A stretch of DNA of 64,000 nucleotides from Lingula anatina (Eukaryota > Animalia > Brachiopoda), in the NCBI GenBank assembly GCA_051362555.1, contig CM120641.1, positions 16,430,001 through 16,494,000 on the forward strand, written 5' to 3'. The stretch's first letter is position 1, and every line of letters begins with the position of its first letter. Shown here in pieces: positions 27,301 to 41,183 of the stretch. Position numbers and translations under genes: made by a program. A model generated the notes under the pieces. The model worked only from the letters and a program-made list of their open reading frames with translations, was not told the origin of the DNA and did not search any database.

Positions 27301-30300
27301 AAGGTTTTTTTACCGTGGCATTTTCGTATCTTATTGCAACGGCTTACAGCATATTTGCCATAATTTACTAACACCATAGCATTTTTTTCTAACATCAATG
27401 TCTTTATAGGGGGGAATATTTAAATTTGGATTCCTATACAACACTGTAGTGACATTAAAGTATAGCATTACTAGGACCTAGTCGAAACTAATTAAATTCA
27501 ATCGTAGTAAAAAAAATTAGGCATTGGGACACTGGCGTGTGTTCTGTTCAGATAAGTATGTACGAGTGGGTTCGGTCGTGACATATTGATGCACACACCT
27601 CCTACCAGTGTGGCCATTTGTCCTGATTCAGTATATGTGCGTGGGATAATTGCTTGGTCCCGCAGCAGTTTATCTTTATTTCACACTCCGTGGCACATAC
27701 TGACGTCACTCCTGGGATTTTTAAGCAACATTTACCACTTAGTTTATGCTTGCCACGCAGCGTTAACCTATCTCTCGTGAATGCACATGGGTTTCTATCA
27801 TTTTCAGACAAGAAAAATAATCTTCAATCTGCAAAAGGGATATATAAGTAGACCCATTTTTGAATGGCACGTGAAGAAATGAATGGTTTTATAATGTCAA
27901 TCAGGAATTTTAAACCAATTACAATGCTTTTCGAACAGATGAAGATGATATTTCTTTGCCGTTTAGTATTTTAATGTATAATTTTCATAGTCACTGTAAA
28001 TATCTCATTCAAAAGCTGAATATACACGTGTATTGAAACGTCAGATTTATATCCAATGTGGAATCAATGCTTTTTTTGATCACTCGAAGTATTATTTTAT
28101 CTTGTACATGTAGTTTTTCAGTGTGGTTTGACAACTGTATTTCATAATTCAAAGAGAAACTTAAACAATTCATTTTGCTTTGTTCAATAATTGACATAAT
28201 GTGGCGAGAGAGGGGAACTTGAAATGTCATCAGAATGGTACCACGCGAAGGAGTTTTGGTTAGTATGAGCATCACACGTAGAACCCTTTTAGCCGTATAA
28301 CAATTACTGAAGGTGAATTAGATAAGCGCATTTAGTTTCCATGCCCCATTGCAGCCAATAAAAGCAAGACAACTTTTAAGGCAAAACTGAACTTGAATTA
28401 ATACATTATATTTTACCTTGTCAATATGTTTGGATTGAAGTTCCCAAATTGTACAACCAAACTGAAACTTTATGTCATCCGGGGAATGAAGTTTTTGTAA
28501 TGATATTTGTTAAGTATTTCCCCCAGATAAGAGTCATACTGGTTATAAAACATTACCTAACTGTATTACTGAAAGATCGATATTATACAAATCACGCGCA
28601 TTGCTCACGCCTAAGCTAAAATTTTGGATCCAAGACGTTAAAGATAGGATTTAATCATCTCTCCAAGTGGCTTTTAGAACCAAACGATACACAAATACCT
28701 CGCAAACCATGCTTGATTTGCAAATTAATCATTAGACATTGTTTCACACAGCATTCTACCAACCGTTGATAGATAATTATTGAAACTGCTGCACTTCCAT
28801 ACATCCATTTCATTTATTTATTCTAGAATCAAATAACCTGTTTATACAGTAGATAAAATGCACTTTGGCTACGTTTCTACAGACTTTGATTTATTGCCTT
28901 TAAAAATAATTACGAACTGATGCATGCAGAACTCTTATTTCAGATACCATGCGGTTAACAATTTCAGCTGAACCACATCTATTGTCGGCAAAATAAGAAT
29001 AACTGACCTTAAAATACCTAAGAATTTAGATGATTGCAGTGACAAGCTGAAACGAAAGCGAGAGTAAGCACTAGCACCCATCAAGACCACTGAGGCGAGG
29101 ATATCTCAGCCACCACATTGCTAGGCAGCCGATTTTACCTTTCGTCGGCAGCGTTACCGGTACAACAGAGTAATATTCGCTCAATCAATACTGCATTAAG
29201 GTGTCACCAAGTTATTTGTGCTACGTGTAGTTCTCTCCCACACACCTGATAAATAGCTTCGTTTGAATAACTGTTGCAGACATCAGGACTTGGCCTGAAA
29301 ACAAGTTTTGGCGACTTTTCTAAAAAATATATATATATATATATTGCTTTAGAGTAGTGTTTTTCCGCTTGACAGTGTTTATGCAGCACAGCTAGTGCTG
29401 GCAAAATTGAATAAAAGTTGACAGAGATTAGAACACTCACACACACACACACACACCAGTCTCTTGTAAAATTGCGTGTAGCTGAATATACAATAACCGT
29501 CTTTGGATAAACTTCGTCTCGCATCTGCAGGCTCACAGAAATGTACATGGACCCTCATATTTCTCATGCTGTACCTTAGCAGTGAAATATAGGATTCCAG
29601 TAATGTACAAGTAAGCATAACGCGTTTCAGATAGCACGGATTTGGTATTGAATCTAACAGGTGTTACAGTACCTCCAAGTATCTGTGAGCAATTACGAAT
29701 CTGTGTAATATATATTCCAGTAGAAATTTATAAAATAAGAAAATAACTACATATATGTATAATCTTTCTTTTCACTTGTAACATATCCCGTCAATAATAC
29801 ATAATAAGTATTAAGAAACGTTTCTATTGTGGGTTTCTATTTGCTATCAATAGATAAATTATTTCAACTACCAAAAGGAAATAGACGATAAAATCTACCA
29901 TTATTAATAAACCTGAATAGTACAAAGACGCGTTTAATTACTGTTAATATAAGGTCAAACTAATGATAAAGGCCTGCACTTTGATAAGACTTCACCCAGA
30001 TCACAGTAGTTAAACTGTTTACCAAGTGTTTGAGCGTGGAAATTATATTTTGTTTAGATTAAGAGCGAGCTCGGTACATTTAATTCCGATAATGGCCATG
30101 CAGTTTAAACATTGCAACTAACATTGATTGCCAAGGTGTGAATGTCTCACCCCACTAACATCTTTCAAATAATCTGAAATTCAGTGGCAAATCTGAAGGA
30201 TGGAGGAACAATGTTGACAAAAAGATTGGTAAGCCAATGGTTAGAGTGGTGTCAAGGCGAGAAAGAATTCAGTGAATCATTGATCATAGAACATTAAATG

Positions 30301-31835
30301 GTTTGTCTCAGCGGTAATCTAAATCGACTCAGAGGTGGCATTGATTGCATGCATTTAATAAACCGGGCAAAATGGGTTAAAGGAAACCTTCAATTGTTTC
30401 ACTGGTTACAATATATATACAGTTACCGAGACGAATTGCTCGTAAACAAATATTTACGACATTTTGAACAATGATATTACTCTTTGTTCTCATGGTACAC
30501 GATATTGGTCCAGTGCCAAGAGACAAGATCAAGAGCAGGGTTTTGACTTAGGCGCGCGCGCGTGTGTATGTGTTGATGTGTGTGTGTGTTTGTGTTGAGT
30601 TGTGTGCAGGGGTTGGGAGTGTCAATGTATCTCCAAAGATCTGAGTCTTTCTGCTTTCGAGTGCTGAATTCAAACATTTCCTTCATACCAATCGAATACG
30701 CTAGAAAAACGCCAAAAAACATGAATTTTTATATTAAACAGTCCTTTCGTGTCTTCTTTTTTAAGTTTCGTCGACGAAAATGAAGACATACATGGACAAT
30801 GTTTGACCTCCTAAGACTTGATTCCAAAGTGAAGACTAACCAAACTGAGCGCTTTAAAGAAAAAAAAGCTTTGCACCATGATATATTTTGCATCTAATCA
30901 CATTAACCTGTGTTACAGATTAAAACGTGGGCGACTACGTCAATGTTCAGTATCAAATGATGTGGTGAGTTGCTTCTCCACACCCCACGAGGACTTCACG
31001 CTACGTTTTAAACAAACTCGATTGATAAAATGAATCTGCCTAGTGGTCATGTTCACTACCCACGTGAAGCTGAAAGTTAAACTTTGATTTCCCTAATAAT
31101 TGCCAACGCTAACATGTTATCTTTCCTGCCTTTGCTAGCTATAAATTAAAATTTGCTTGAATCAAACAACGCACAAGGCACAGCCTAATGCCACCAATGA
31201 TACGTCATAAAATATGAAATCTAAATGAAATTAAATAATGTTATAAATTAGCATTAAATGATCATGAGATATTATAGCGTATTTCCTCATCTCATATTAA
31301 TTATAGAGATACGTTATATAAAACTCGCATTTGTTATATATGTAGCTATCAAAAAGGCTATTTTAATACTCGGGAAAACAGTTTTACCGTACAAGATGAA
31401 AGTAAAAGCTATGGGCATCACGACGAATACATAATATCCAACATTGGGACCAATGAGTGGCCATTCAAACCGTTCTCGACACCGGTGTATTTTCTGGAGC
31501 TAGAACGAGTGCTGGAAAAGAAAAACGGAGAAACGAAAACAAATCTTCTTTTTGCTCTAATACAAAAATCATTTGCTTACCAATGGCCGAAACTGGTTCC
31601 AAAGACTTTGTAAGAGAAATCCAACCAGTGCTTCTGTTAATATGAAACACACTTCCTTCTTCGATTCTTTGTCCACATTTCAAAGTGGATTGGATTTGGT
31701 ATATTGTGCAATTGCTTTTGCGATATTTCTCATTTTCAAGTAATGCATATACTTTGATAATGTTTCTTCCTGCTTCAAAATCTGTTGATATTTCCTCTTG
31801 GTAATTATCTTGTGTGAAGTATAAAGAACAACATC
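18379..31835 (-). CDS. RET: RET receptor tyrosine kinase (cadherin-like domains, Cys-rich domain, TM, kinase); signal-peptide exon(s) unresolved
   Basis: Exons (descending): 31835-31581 ([16 protein letters not shown], like the human RET N-terminus GLYFSRDAY..LLYVHAL), 26454-26188, 25963-25668 (LDRE, DVNDNGP), 25475-25328, 24991-24897, 24609-24496, 24097-23617 ([16 protein letters not shown]), 23270-~23050, ~22802-22498 (CGQLC + TM), ~22229-22082 ([20 protein letters not shown]), 21770-21663, 21424-21186, 20927-20805 ([22 protein letters not shown]), 20615-20545 ([10 protein letters not shown]), 20010-19970, 19673-19577 ([20 protein letters not shown]), 19304-~19120 (DYLDL), 18764-18379. Confidence 0.95.
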
Positions 31836-32613
31836 CTAAAAGAAAGATACAAATGTGTTTCGTAATTAAACATTTGTGCGATCACTTCGAAAGCAGCATT
31901 TTGAGGATATATATATATATAATAAGCACCGTAACAAAGGTAAATATCCATTTAGTTAGCTGCATGCCTTTTATCTATCCCATTAAAATATCTGGTTAAT
32001 GAGTTTCTCTGTTCGCAAACTTTATGATTGAGATTCATTGTGTAATGCATTGAACAAGGTATGCGGGCAAAAAGTAGTATTGATTTCTCATACCAAAAGA
32101 TATAAAAGATTTACATTTACTCAAGTTCCCTTTTGCGACTTAAAGATACTTGGAAATAAATATGAGGCAATATCTTTATACCTTTGGCCGTCAGCAATAC
32201 TATAAAGATGAAAGCGCCAAGACGTCTCTGCGGCGGCCCACACATATCTGTCCTTTGATCTTAGTTTTTTATTGCAAAGACAACCTTTGCTTTGACCACG
32301 TGGCGTATATTCTAGACACTGTAATCAACAATATAGATATCAGATTGTATGCATAGTGCCCCAATATAGTTAGTACTGTGCAGAACATGTTTAAATAAAC
32401 TTTTCCTTTTTAGTCCTTTCTTTGTTGCAGTTTCTTGGAATTGCACGCGTGTTAATAATTGTCCTTCACTTCATGAATCTAATCGCAAAATTTATCAAAA
32501 TTACATGACGCTTGAAGCCATCGTACAAATGATCCAATAAGACACCTCATCCATTTCATGTTTCAAAAGATGCACGACTGATTGATTTTTTATTATCTCA
32601 TTTTCTATAACAA

Positions 32614-32648
<35 letters not shown>

Positions 32649-32746
32649 AATCATGTATCCTGAAATGTTTGGAAAAAATTGTATTTTCCACTATCATCAC
32701 AATCTATGAGACCACAAGTATGATAGACAAAAGACAACACACTTAC

Positions 32747-33629
32747 CAAATAGGATCTCATATATTCTGTATCCTACATGAAGCTAGTCTTCTCTTAAAA
32801 TATGATGACACCTATATCTTGTATTCTCCATTAACACGTGCTACCTTTTCGCTGTACAGCGCCATCAATGCCTCTTCGTGCCTTCATTCCGGTGATTATA
32901 GCCCATTAGACAGCCACTCACGGCAATATTGAAATCCAATTGTCCCTTGCCATACGATGGTGCATGCACATGCGCACTTTGCTTGATTCTGTTAAGTCAA
33001 CAGATGTTCTGACCAGAACTAGCAAATGACACTTACAGTATGTTGAACCTTTTCCGATTTCATCCACAGTCTAAAAATGATGGGCCCCATACCCAAACTA
33101 ATCATCTAACATACAGCTATTAGAAATTAATTAAAATTAGAATTGTATATAGATTTTACTTTTTTAAGCCAAACTTTGTGAACATCTTCTAAATGTCGGT
33201 TTGCGGTTCGTGAACAAAATTCAAGATTTACGATAGAACTTGCTTTTTTTGTAGCAGGCATTTTTGCCACCAGAATCAGTTCGATAAGCAATGCGCTTGC
33301 ATACGTGCGTGTGCGTGTGTGTGTGTGTGTGTGGGGGGGGGTGCATGGGTACGCGAGTATCTTTCCCTAAAACGTTTTGATCGCTGCTTTGCCACCAACC
33401 ACCAACCTGTTAAATCCTAGAAATACAAAAGTGATTTTGTGCGCTGAGCAGTAATCTTGAAAACAGCGCTAGGATGGCCTACACCACTAACTCCGGTAAA
33501 CTTATCGGTGAGCTTCTTCCAAGGTAGTCCTTACCCTGATAGGTTTGCGGTGAGGAAGCTGATGACAACGAGTGCTGACGCTCGACACGACAAAAACAAA
33601 TATCCTATAATCAGCAATAAGAACAGCAT
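32747..33629 (-). other. Candidate RET 5' exons including a hydrophobic signal-peptide-like ORF
   Basis: 33629-33535 reads MLFLLLIIGYLFLSCRASALVV..|gtaagg. Further gtaagt donors follow 33037 and 32747. An in-frame chain to exon 31835 exists but needs one weak acceptor. Confidence 0.35.
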
Positions 33630-33871
33630 TCTCTGATAATCTATAAGTGCCAGACAGCGGTTAATGGCTTTATAAGGTTCTAATAGCAACTCTGACACGT
33701 GGTATGATGAATGTTTGGGTTTGTATTGAATCTTTAGACGGGTGCCCTGACTCCCTTAAAGATTTTGAACTAAAAAAAGCAAAAATGGGGTATTATATGC
33801 CTGTATTATTTGCACTGTAAGTTTAGCGTGTCAGTGCATTCACGCACGTTTCAGATACAACACAAAATTAA

Positions 33872-33912
<41 letters not shown>

Positions 33913-36900
33913 TGGGGGGGGGGGGGTGCAATATATGAGTATAAATGCATTTACAACGTGTCCTGCCATACTTAAATCTAGATCACGGACGGCAAAAATC
34001 TCTCGTTGTGTCAAAGCCCTTGAGGCACTTTCCTGTTCTCATGATGTCTGTTGTGTAACCGTCCACCTAAAGCTGTAGAATCATTGATCAACAGCAGATG
34101 TAGCCTTGTACCGTGATTACTGCAAAACACTTGACATCGCCATTTGGCCTTCTGGTACGATAGCATGCCTTCCTGCACTTAGCGAAAATTATGCCATCCA
34201 ACGACATGTCTACGAATTGTGTGCTTATTACTTCAGACATAACCAATTAAAACAGTTTGCTTACAGCCTTACATTAAGCACATATATGTCAATAGTCAAG
34301 ACGTTGTGAATACTACTAGTGTCGTTCTAATGGCTAGATCTAAAAAAAGGAGAACGCGAGATTAGTCGTTCTTATGGCTAGATCTAAAAAAAAGGTGGGG
34401 AAGGTGCTTTTCAGACAAACGGTCGGATAATTTTGCTTTTAAAGCCATGCTTAATTCCCGAGATTTATTGTTGTCATAAGTGCTTCGATAAAAAAGGAAT
34501 TGCTAGAAGTAATAGACTTAAGATTAAACAAAAAAAGTATTGAAATTTGAAAAAAGCAAAAGACAACAAACAGAAATGAACGCACAAGAAAAGGGTCCTC
34601 CATGAACACTTTACGGTATCTATTCCAAAGGAAGTCATTAGCTGTTATTCAAAATAAACTAATTTCAACCTTAGATTCACACGTTTTTTTCTTTTATCTC
34701 AGCCTGTGCTTACTGGACTAGTCAGTTATGCTGATAACCGTCTCTTTCGTGCAGTGCCACTGTTTGCTCCAGCGTCGAAGTCCAGCGGCGGAGATATTAG
34801 TATTATTACATGAAAATCAAGAAGAAAGCTAACGCCTGTAGCGAGGCTGTATAATTAAGCCCTTTCCAGAATCAATTTGGGTTAACAAAGTGTTGAAAGC
34901 TATTGTCTATCTTATGTCCAGTGATATTACCTGAATCATTTGAAAAAGAATATCGGTTACAGAGATGTCGCATTCTAAAGCCTGTTCCTGAATCAATTTT
35001 GGGTTAATAGGTGCAGAAAGAGTGCACATTCAAATGAAATCGGTGGAAAAAGACCAAAACCACATATCAATGCATATGTTACATTTCATCTTTGTATATC
35101 CATACTTATGTGACCGTCTATTCTTGGAAACATTTATCTCAGAAAGATTTACTTTCCCACAGAGATTATAGTAACAAGCTAAAAGTACTTTTGATGTGAA
35201 AAAGACTGTATTACCCCTGCTAAACAGATCTGTGGCTTTTGGCTACCATTCAGACAAGCAGCTGCACAGAAGATAATGCTGTCTGCTTAAATTGTCTTTT
35301 TATTTAGGTCATAAGACGTGAAACATGAAAATAAGCACAACTAGTTGTCTACATTTTATTAACCAATGTATCAAATGTCTATAAGAATCCGCAAAAAAAA
35401 AAAAAAAAAAAAAAAAAAAGGTTATTAGGCTATATTACATATCAGATTCTTCTACTGCCCGTGTTCAAGATTTTAAGGTACACGTGTAATCTGTTTAATC
35501 TACTATAAATTTTGCCTTTATTGCTGTGAGGTTTTAACAGGGAGGTATGATGAGCATAGGGATGACAAGGTAGACCTATAAGAAATGCTATGGATCAAGA
35601 AAACGCACCACAAATGGCGCATGATACCACTGAGAATTTTTTCTTATTGTACATGTAATTATATCCCAACCAAAAGACATTTTATAAAAAAAATGAATGA
35701 TTTGTAACTTTTGATATTTAGCATGACTTAGACGTTCCATGTATCGAGTAGTTTAAACAGTAACTTCAACGGTCGAAAAAAAAAATAGAAACCCATAATG
35801 TATAATGGTAAAAGAAGGTAATGATTTGGATAACGCGTTTGGACAAGTCGTTTTGAATAAATGAATAAGTCAAGGTCGACAATGAGCAGTAAGAAAAAAT
35901 AAACCAAAAAAAAAATAAATAAATAAATAAATAATAGATAAATAAATAAATAAATAAAATAAAATAAAAAAGGACTGCAAAACAAAGTCTTCAGCAGCAA
36001 TGTCTACAGCACAATGAGCACATCACATACAAGTACAGCTAACAACCTGATAATAAAAAGAATACGATTTACCACAAGAGTTTTTCTTTGAAGCAAAAAA
36101 GGGACGTGGGATTTTTGTTGTCTAAAATAAATGAAATATTCCTATTTGTATAATAGGCATGTTGCTTATAAAATAATGAAGGTAATATTCTTGATCAAAG
36201 GTTGCCTTTTACGCAAGGCAAAAATGTAATGAATGCATGTGACGTTCGCCCTACATAAGCCTAGTAATGAGATAAAATATTTTATAAACGACTATGTAAA
36301 TTTTTAAGGGGGTTGGGTGGGGGGGGGATATAGTGAAGGTCATTAGATACTAATGAATTGCAAAAGATATGTGTTAATTAGATTCATTTGCGATCTAGTT
36401 AATTCGGAACAACATAATTATGGTCTCTGATCTTATGTACTAGCTTGAAAATCTTAGATGCGACACATTTGTATCACCGACTTAACAGTTGATTTTACCA
36501 TTTCTGGACCATCATTAATCAAGTTAGTATTTGAATTTGATCTTATTAATGGAAATGAAGAATATGTTCTTTGTTACGGTGTCTGTCCATGTTTCAACAA
36601 ATTGAAGACCTTTTAGTTATGCAAATAAAACCCAGCCTGTTGTGTACAAAGATCTTAAAGTGCTTCATGCGTAACAAAACCAACCTTATCTGGTTCTGCA
36701 TGAGTCAAGCTCACTCAAACAGTTTCACGCTATATCTAAATGGATTTACTTTTAATTGAGCCACTTTAAATAGTACCTGAAGCAGAGGTATTTCCATTAA
36801 GCTTGCCAGAGAAATATCTAATAGCACAAATGATCTGGTATGCCAACAAGGTAACAACCAAAATCAATTGTAATGTCCGGTAATGCTATTCCTATTAGCA

Positions 36901-38928
36901 CAATTTGCTTCCGCGTTCTTGGCCGAAAAACTATACTATATTGTTTCAAAAGCATATGCTTAACTTACTAACTAGCATTTTATGATAGACTACATGGTTT
37001 CGAAGTTGAAAAATAATGAACGAAACGTATTTTCAAACCATGCATGCAACTACGTTTCCAATGTTTTGAATATAACTGTTGTAATCACATTTTGAACCTA
37101 TAGAAGCATAATGCTTACTCATTACTGTCAAACAGCCCTACGTGTCATGAATTTAATGCAGGGTTTTCTGGCGTATAGGCACATCTACAACAATAACCAT
37201 TAAAAGGTACCATGGTAACCACAGTTAATCGTTTATCGGACAAGCAAATATATGTTCCCATCCTTCTGCTTCTTTGCTATTATTATCACACATTTTCTGT
37301 GAGCTATCTGTCATTGGCATAATCTTTTAGACACACATTGTGTCATTAATTGAAAAAAAAAAAAAGGGGAATACGAGTAGCTTGTCCTAGCTTTGGTTTC
37401 TAATAAAGCAGGGAGTACTAGTATAATTACTGAAAATCTTTTTTGTCAAAAACAATTCTTATTTATGGGGTATTGTTTGTTTTAAAAACATAATCAAAGC
37501 CCTTTTTATTTATGAGCTATCTTCCAGATCTTTTACAGCCACATCTTCCGTTTATCATTCAATTTGTCTTTAAGTCTTTCAATTTTTGTAGATTTACACC
37601 CAAGATTCCATCAGAAAGATGGCGATGAGGTGGACACCACAAGGCATGAGGAATATGAAAGAAAATCTGGAGACGGTCCATAGATCAGGAAATGAAAGTA
37701 GCAGGATAGACATGGGAACAAACAACGTTGGCCCCAAGACAACCAGCACGAATTAAAACTGCGTTTTGTACAGTAACTATTTAGATAGCGCAGTTGTGTT
37801 ATCAGTAAGAAATACCAGCACCATTACGTTTCGGACGTTTTGTTGGTTAACTTTGTTCAGAATCTTCGCCTTGGTCACAAAAAGACAGAAGGGGTTCCTT
37901 TAAAGACAACCGAATATTTTAAGGATTTTCACAAAATTAAAGACTGAATTCAATTGAAATGAAATCTACTTTCTTTGCGTTCCACAGGATTGCCTTGACG
38001 CCATTCCAGTACATGAAAGCCTTTCAAGGCTGACACGAAAGCGTGACTGGCATGGTGGATCGTGACTATCGTGTCACTATCAAATATTGTTCAGACATGT
38101 CTAGGGCGACAATTAATAAGAACCGTTTCATCTACCGGCTGCTCTGAAATAATCGTCCCGCTCATACCGATCATTCTCATGAATGAACAGAAACAATCCG
38201 CTTACAAAGTCTTCCGCTTCAGCGTTCCCTAGGGTGAAACCCTTAAGTAAATTATTCATTCCATTCCAGACTAATTAACCAGTAGCAATCAATTAAATAT
38301 GTCATCCAAAGTAAGCGATTCTTTTAATGTTAAAAACAAAGTTTATATAGCCTGGGTGAACTTAGCCCGATCATGAAGCTGATGATGGATCACATCGATG
38401 TATTTGTGCATGGGGGGAACGTTTAACACGATTTTGTCATACTTTATAGACATCTGCGTGGAATTGATATGCCCTGACTCAGGCAATGTCCCTACAGAAT
38501 AGATACACAGTGGTCTCATTCAAGAAAACACAGCATGATGCGGTTGAGTGTAGAGCTATGTATAGCGCTCTCTTCCCAAGATGCATGAAGTAAATCGCCT
38601 ACATGGCATACGGCTGGTATCAATGAACAATGAAAACGTCAGATAAACTGAACCACATTCGTTTCATCTTGGGACAATGTGAATGCGCCCTTATTATCAG
38701 AAAACCAAAACGGCAAGCACCCATGGGAAGTATAGAGTGTCTGTGTGGAACGCACTGGTAACTTAACGGACTAAACGGCCGGATTCAGTGGGGAAAACAA
38801 ATTCAATTTCAATACCAGCAGACAGAACGGTAAACCGATTTGACAAAGCGCGTGGGCACCTTCCTTTTGAATACGAACAAGGTTTAGTTTAAAAACCGTG
38901 GTGTCAAATAGCCTCTAATCCTATTCTC

Positions 38929-39022
38929 CATCCCACGTTTCCTATTGACAACTCTCTTTGTGAGATTAAAAAAAACTATCCCACGTTTCCTATTGACAAC
39001 TGTTTTTGTGAGATTAAAAAAC
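38929..39022. repeat. ~48-bp tandem duplication
   Basis: atcccacgtttcctattgacaact..ttgtgagattaaaaaa occurs twice back to back. Confidence 0.85.
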
Positions 39023-39473
39023 TACAGCCAAAAATCGAAATAAGGCGTTTCAAAGCAAGCGACGGTAACATCTTTCTTTATCAGTAGTGAGGATCACTTT
39101 GAGTACATGAGGATATTTGGCTACAATTTACCAAGTCTGGCATAAATCAATGAAAAGTACGTTTTAAGCACTGAAAGAGACAAAAGAAAAAACATTGCCT
39201 ACAACCCATCTTAAGACTGCAGAGGAGTTCAAACGATGAAATATGCTCGTAATCTTTCTTATTAATACCAAAATAAGCAAGAGGCCAGAAGTAAATGCTT
39301 ATTCATTTCTTTCATGTCTATTTAATGTTCGAATGCTCAAAAAGATGAAATCTGGCCTAAATAATTTGACAAGCTCAGATATCAGAATAATAGCTATAAC
39401 TGCTGTTTTTGTGGTAAAACAGAATATATTACATTTCTGTGAGTTGTTTACAATGTTTTTATTGTGAAATATA

Positions 39474-39745
39474 GGCCGCATTCACATCGAGAAGAGCTGA
39501 GGCTCTACAAAGCCGAGAACTAAATATGGCGGACGTACATGAAAGGAAAACTGCCTAATCTTTTAATATAGTCTCTCCGCCTCTCACACGCCTCCCCACG
39601 CGTCGTCCCAATTGAGCGGAGATTTAATGACTGTACACCCGCGGAGAGACCATTAAAGGATTAGGAGGTTTCCCTTTCATGTACGTTTGCCATATTTAGT
39701 TCTTGGCTTTTTAGAGCCTCGGCTCTTCTCCATGTGAATGCGCTC
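39474..39745. mobile_element. MITE with ~105-bp imperfect inverted arms, PIF/Harbinger-like
   Basis: ggcCGCATTCACAT..agagctgaggctct..tctctccgc / gcggagaga..agagcctcggctct..ATGTGAATGCGctc, flanked by ATA on both sides (3-bp TSD). A similar terminus (atgtgaatgcgccc) lies at ~38678-38691. Confidence 0.75.
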
Positions 39746-40173
39746 ATAGATCTCATACGAAGAGTTATTATCCCTTTAAATTACATATTGATTGTTGTAT
39801 CTAAAGATGAAACAAAAAGATTCATTTCATGCACTCCATCATTGCTGTGGAGTCTTTCAACAAGGAAGTACAAGCACATATTCAGTTGCTGCTAATTGGA
39901 GTAGAGGTGGCAAGTCCTGTTAAATTGAACATGTGTGAAAATCCTTGGATACGGATATGAATTTTATATTTTAGAATCCAATAACCCTATGCAGTGTCAA
40001 AAAAAAACAAAAAAACATTTTCTTTATTTCATGCTGCTTGAAGTTAAAGCAAATCCCTATATCTCCAAATGACAATCATCCTGAAGACCTAAACCATCAC
40101 ATCTAGATGCCAACTGCTTCATGACAGCCAATCCACACCAAACTGTGCTGGGGTTTTCAAAAAATTTCCTGTG

Positions 40174-40342
40174 CAGGCCTGTAGCCAGGGGGGGTTCGGG
40201 GGGTTCGAAAGAACCGCTCCTTTTGCTGGGAAAAGGTCCACTCTGGGTGAAATTTGATCTAGGTACATGAAGTTTTTATGGAAAAAGGTCCACTTTTTCA
40301 GAAAAAGAACCCCCCCTTTTGAAATTGCTGGCTACGGGCCTG
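40174..40342. mobile_element. Non-autonomous DNA transposon (hAT-like TIRs) with 5-bp TSD
   Basis: CTGTG|CAGGCCTGTAGCCAG...CTGGCTACGGGCCTG|CTGTG; internal repeated aaaaggtccact. Confidence 0.8.
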
Positions 40343-41183
40343 CTGTGCATCAACATCTATTAATCATATTCCATGCAGACATATGCAAAGAACAAGCCTA
40401 GAATGAAAATATAATGAAAGGGTATAAAAAGTATCTTAAAACCCTATAATTCCATTTGTTAACAGTTGTAAACATCAACTTGTTCTGGATGTGACCAAGG
40501 TACAGGCGTGTCATTCATCTGAGGACATTTTAAATTTTTGACTAATTCTCAATTGACAACTTTTTGGTGGCACTGGAAATTTGTCAAATATGTTGTAGTA
40601 AAATAAATCAGTAAATATTCAGTAACTATATTTCAGATATCAATTAATTTTAATATCTATTATAAGTTATCTTGAATCACAAGAGTTATGATTACTATTA
40701 TGTTTTATACTGATTTACCATTCTGTGGTGATTAAAACGTCTTGCAGGGATGATTTAGTTCTTTCATAAAATATGCACTATAATAACTCATAGACAACAT
40801 TAAAAAATGTACACTTTTCACATTTTTTATAATATTCAAAACAAAGTCATATTAGGTAAACACCTTTTTAATGTTAGAAATGCCACTGTACTCATTACTG
40901 GCTTTCAGCTGGTAAGCCACAGAAGTGCATTTGAAAACAGCCATTGCTTTTGTAAACAGACTACCATCAGTTCATAATTTGATTATGTCAATGTTAATTC
41001 TCTCACAAAACCTCTAGTGAGTTACAGAACCCTTTAAGTAATTACTGTACAAAATTAACCTGTCCTTAAAAAAGGTAATTTCCCAACTGGAAACACTGTT
41101 TATTCAAAAAGTCTACACAGGTCATTCCCTTTTTCTTTTTCAATATGGTATAATCCTCAAGTGTTTTTCCACATCTCCCAGAG

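Noticed and set aside
27602-27811. Cys-rich 69-aa ORF as an extra RET coding exon
   Set aside because: An in-frame stop lies between the acceptor and the ORF, and the flanking exons already join in frame.
35728-36000. Hydrophobic 90-aa ORF resembling a membrane protein
   Set aside because: Translation of (TTTA)n simple repeat.
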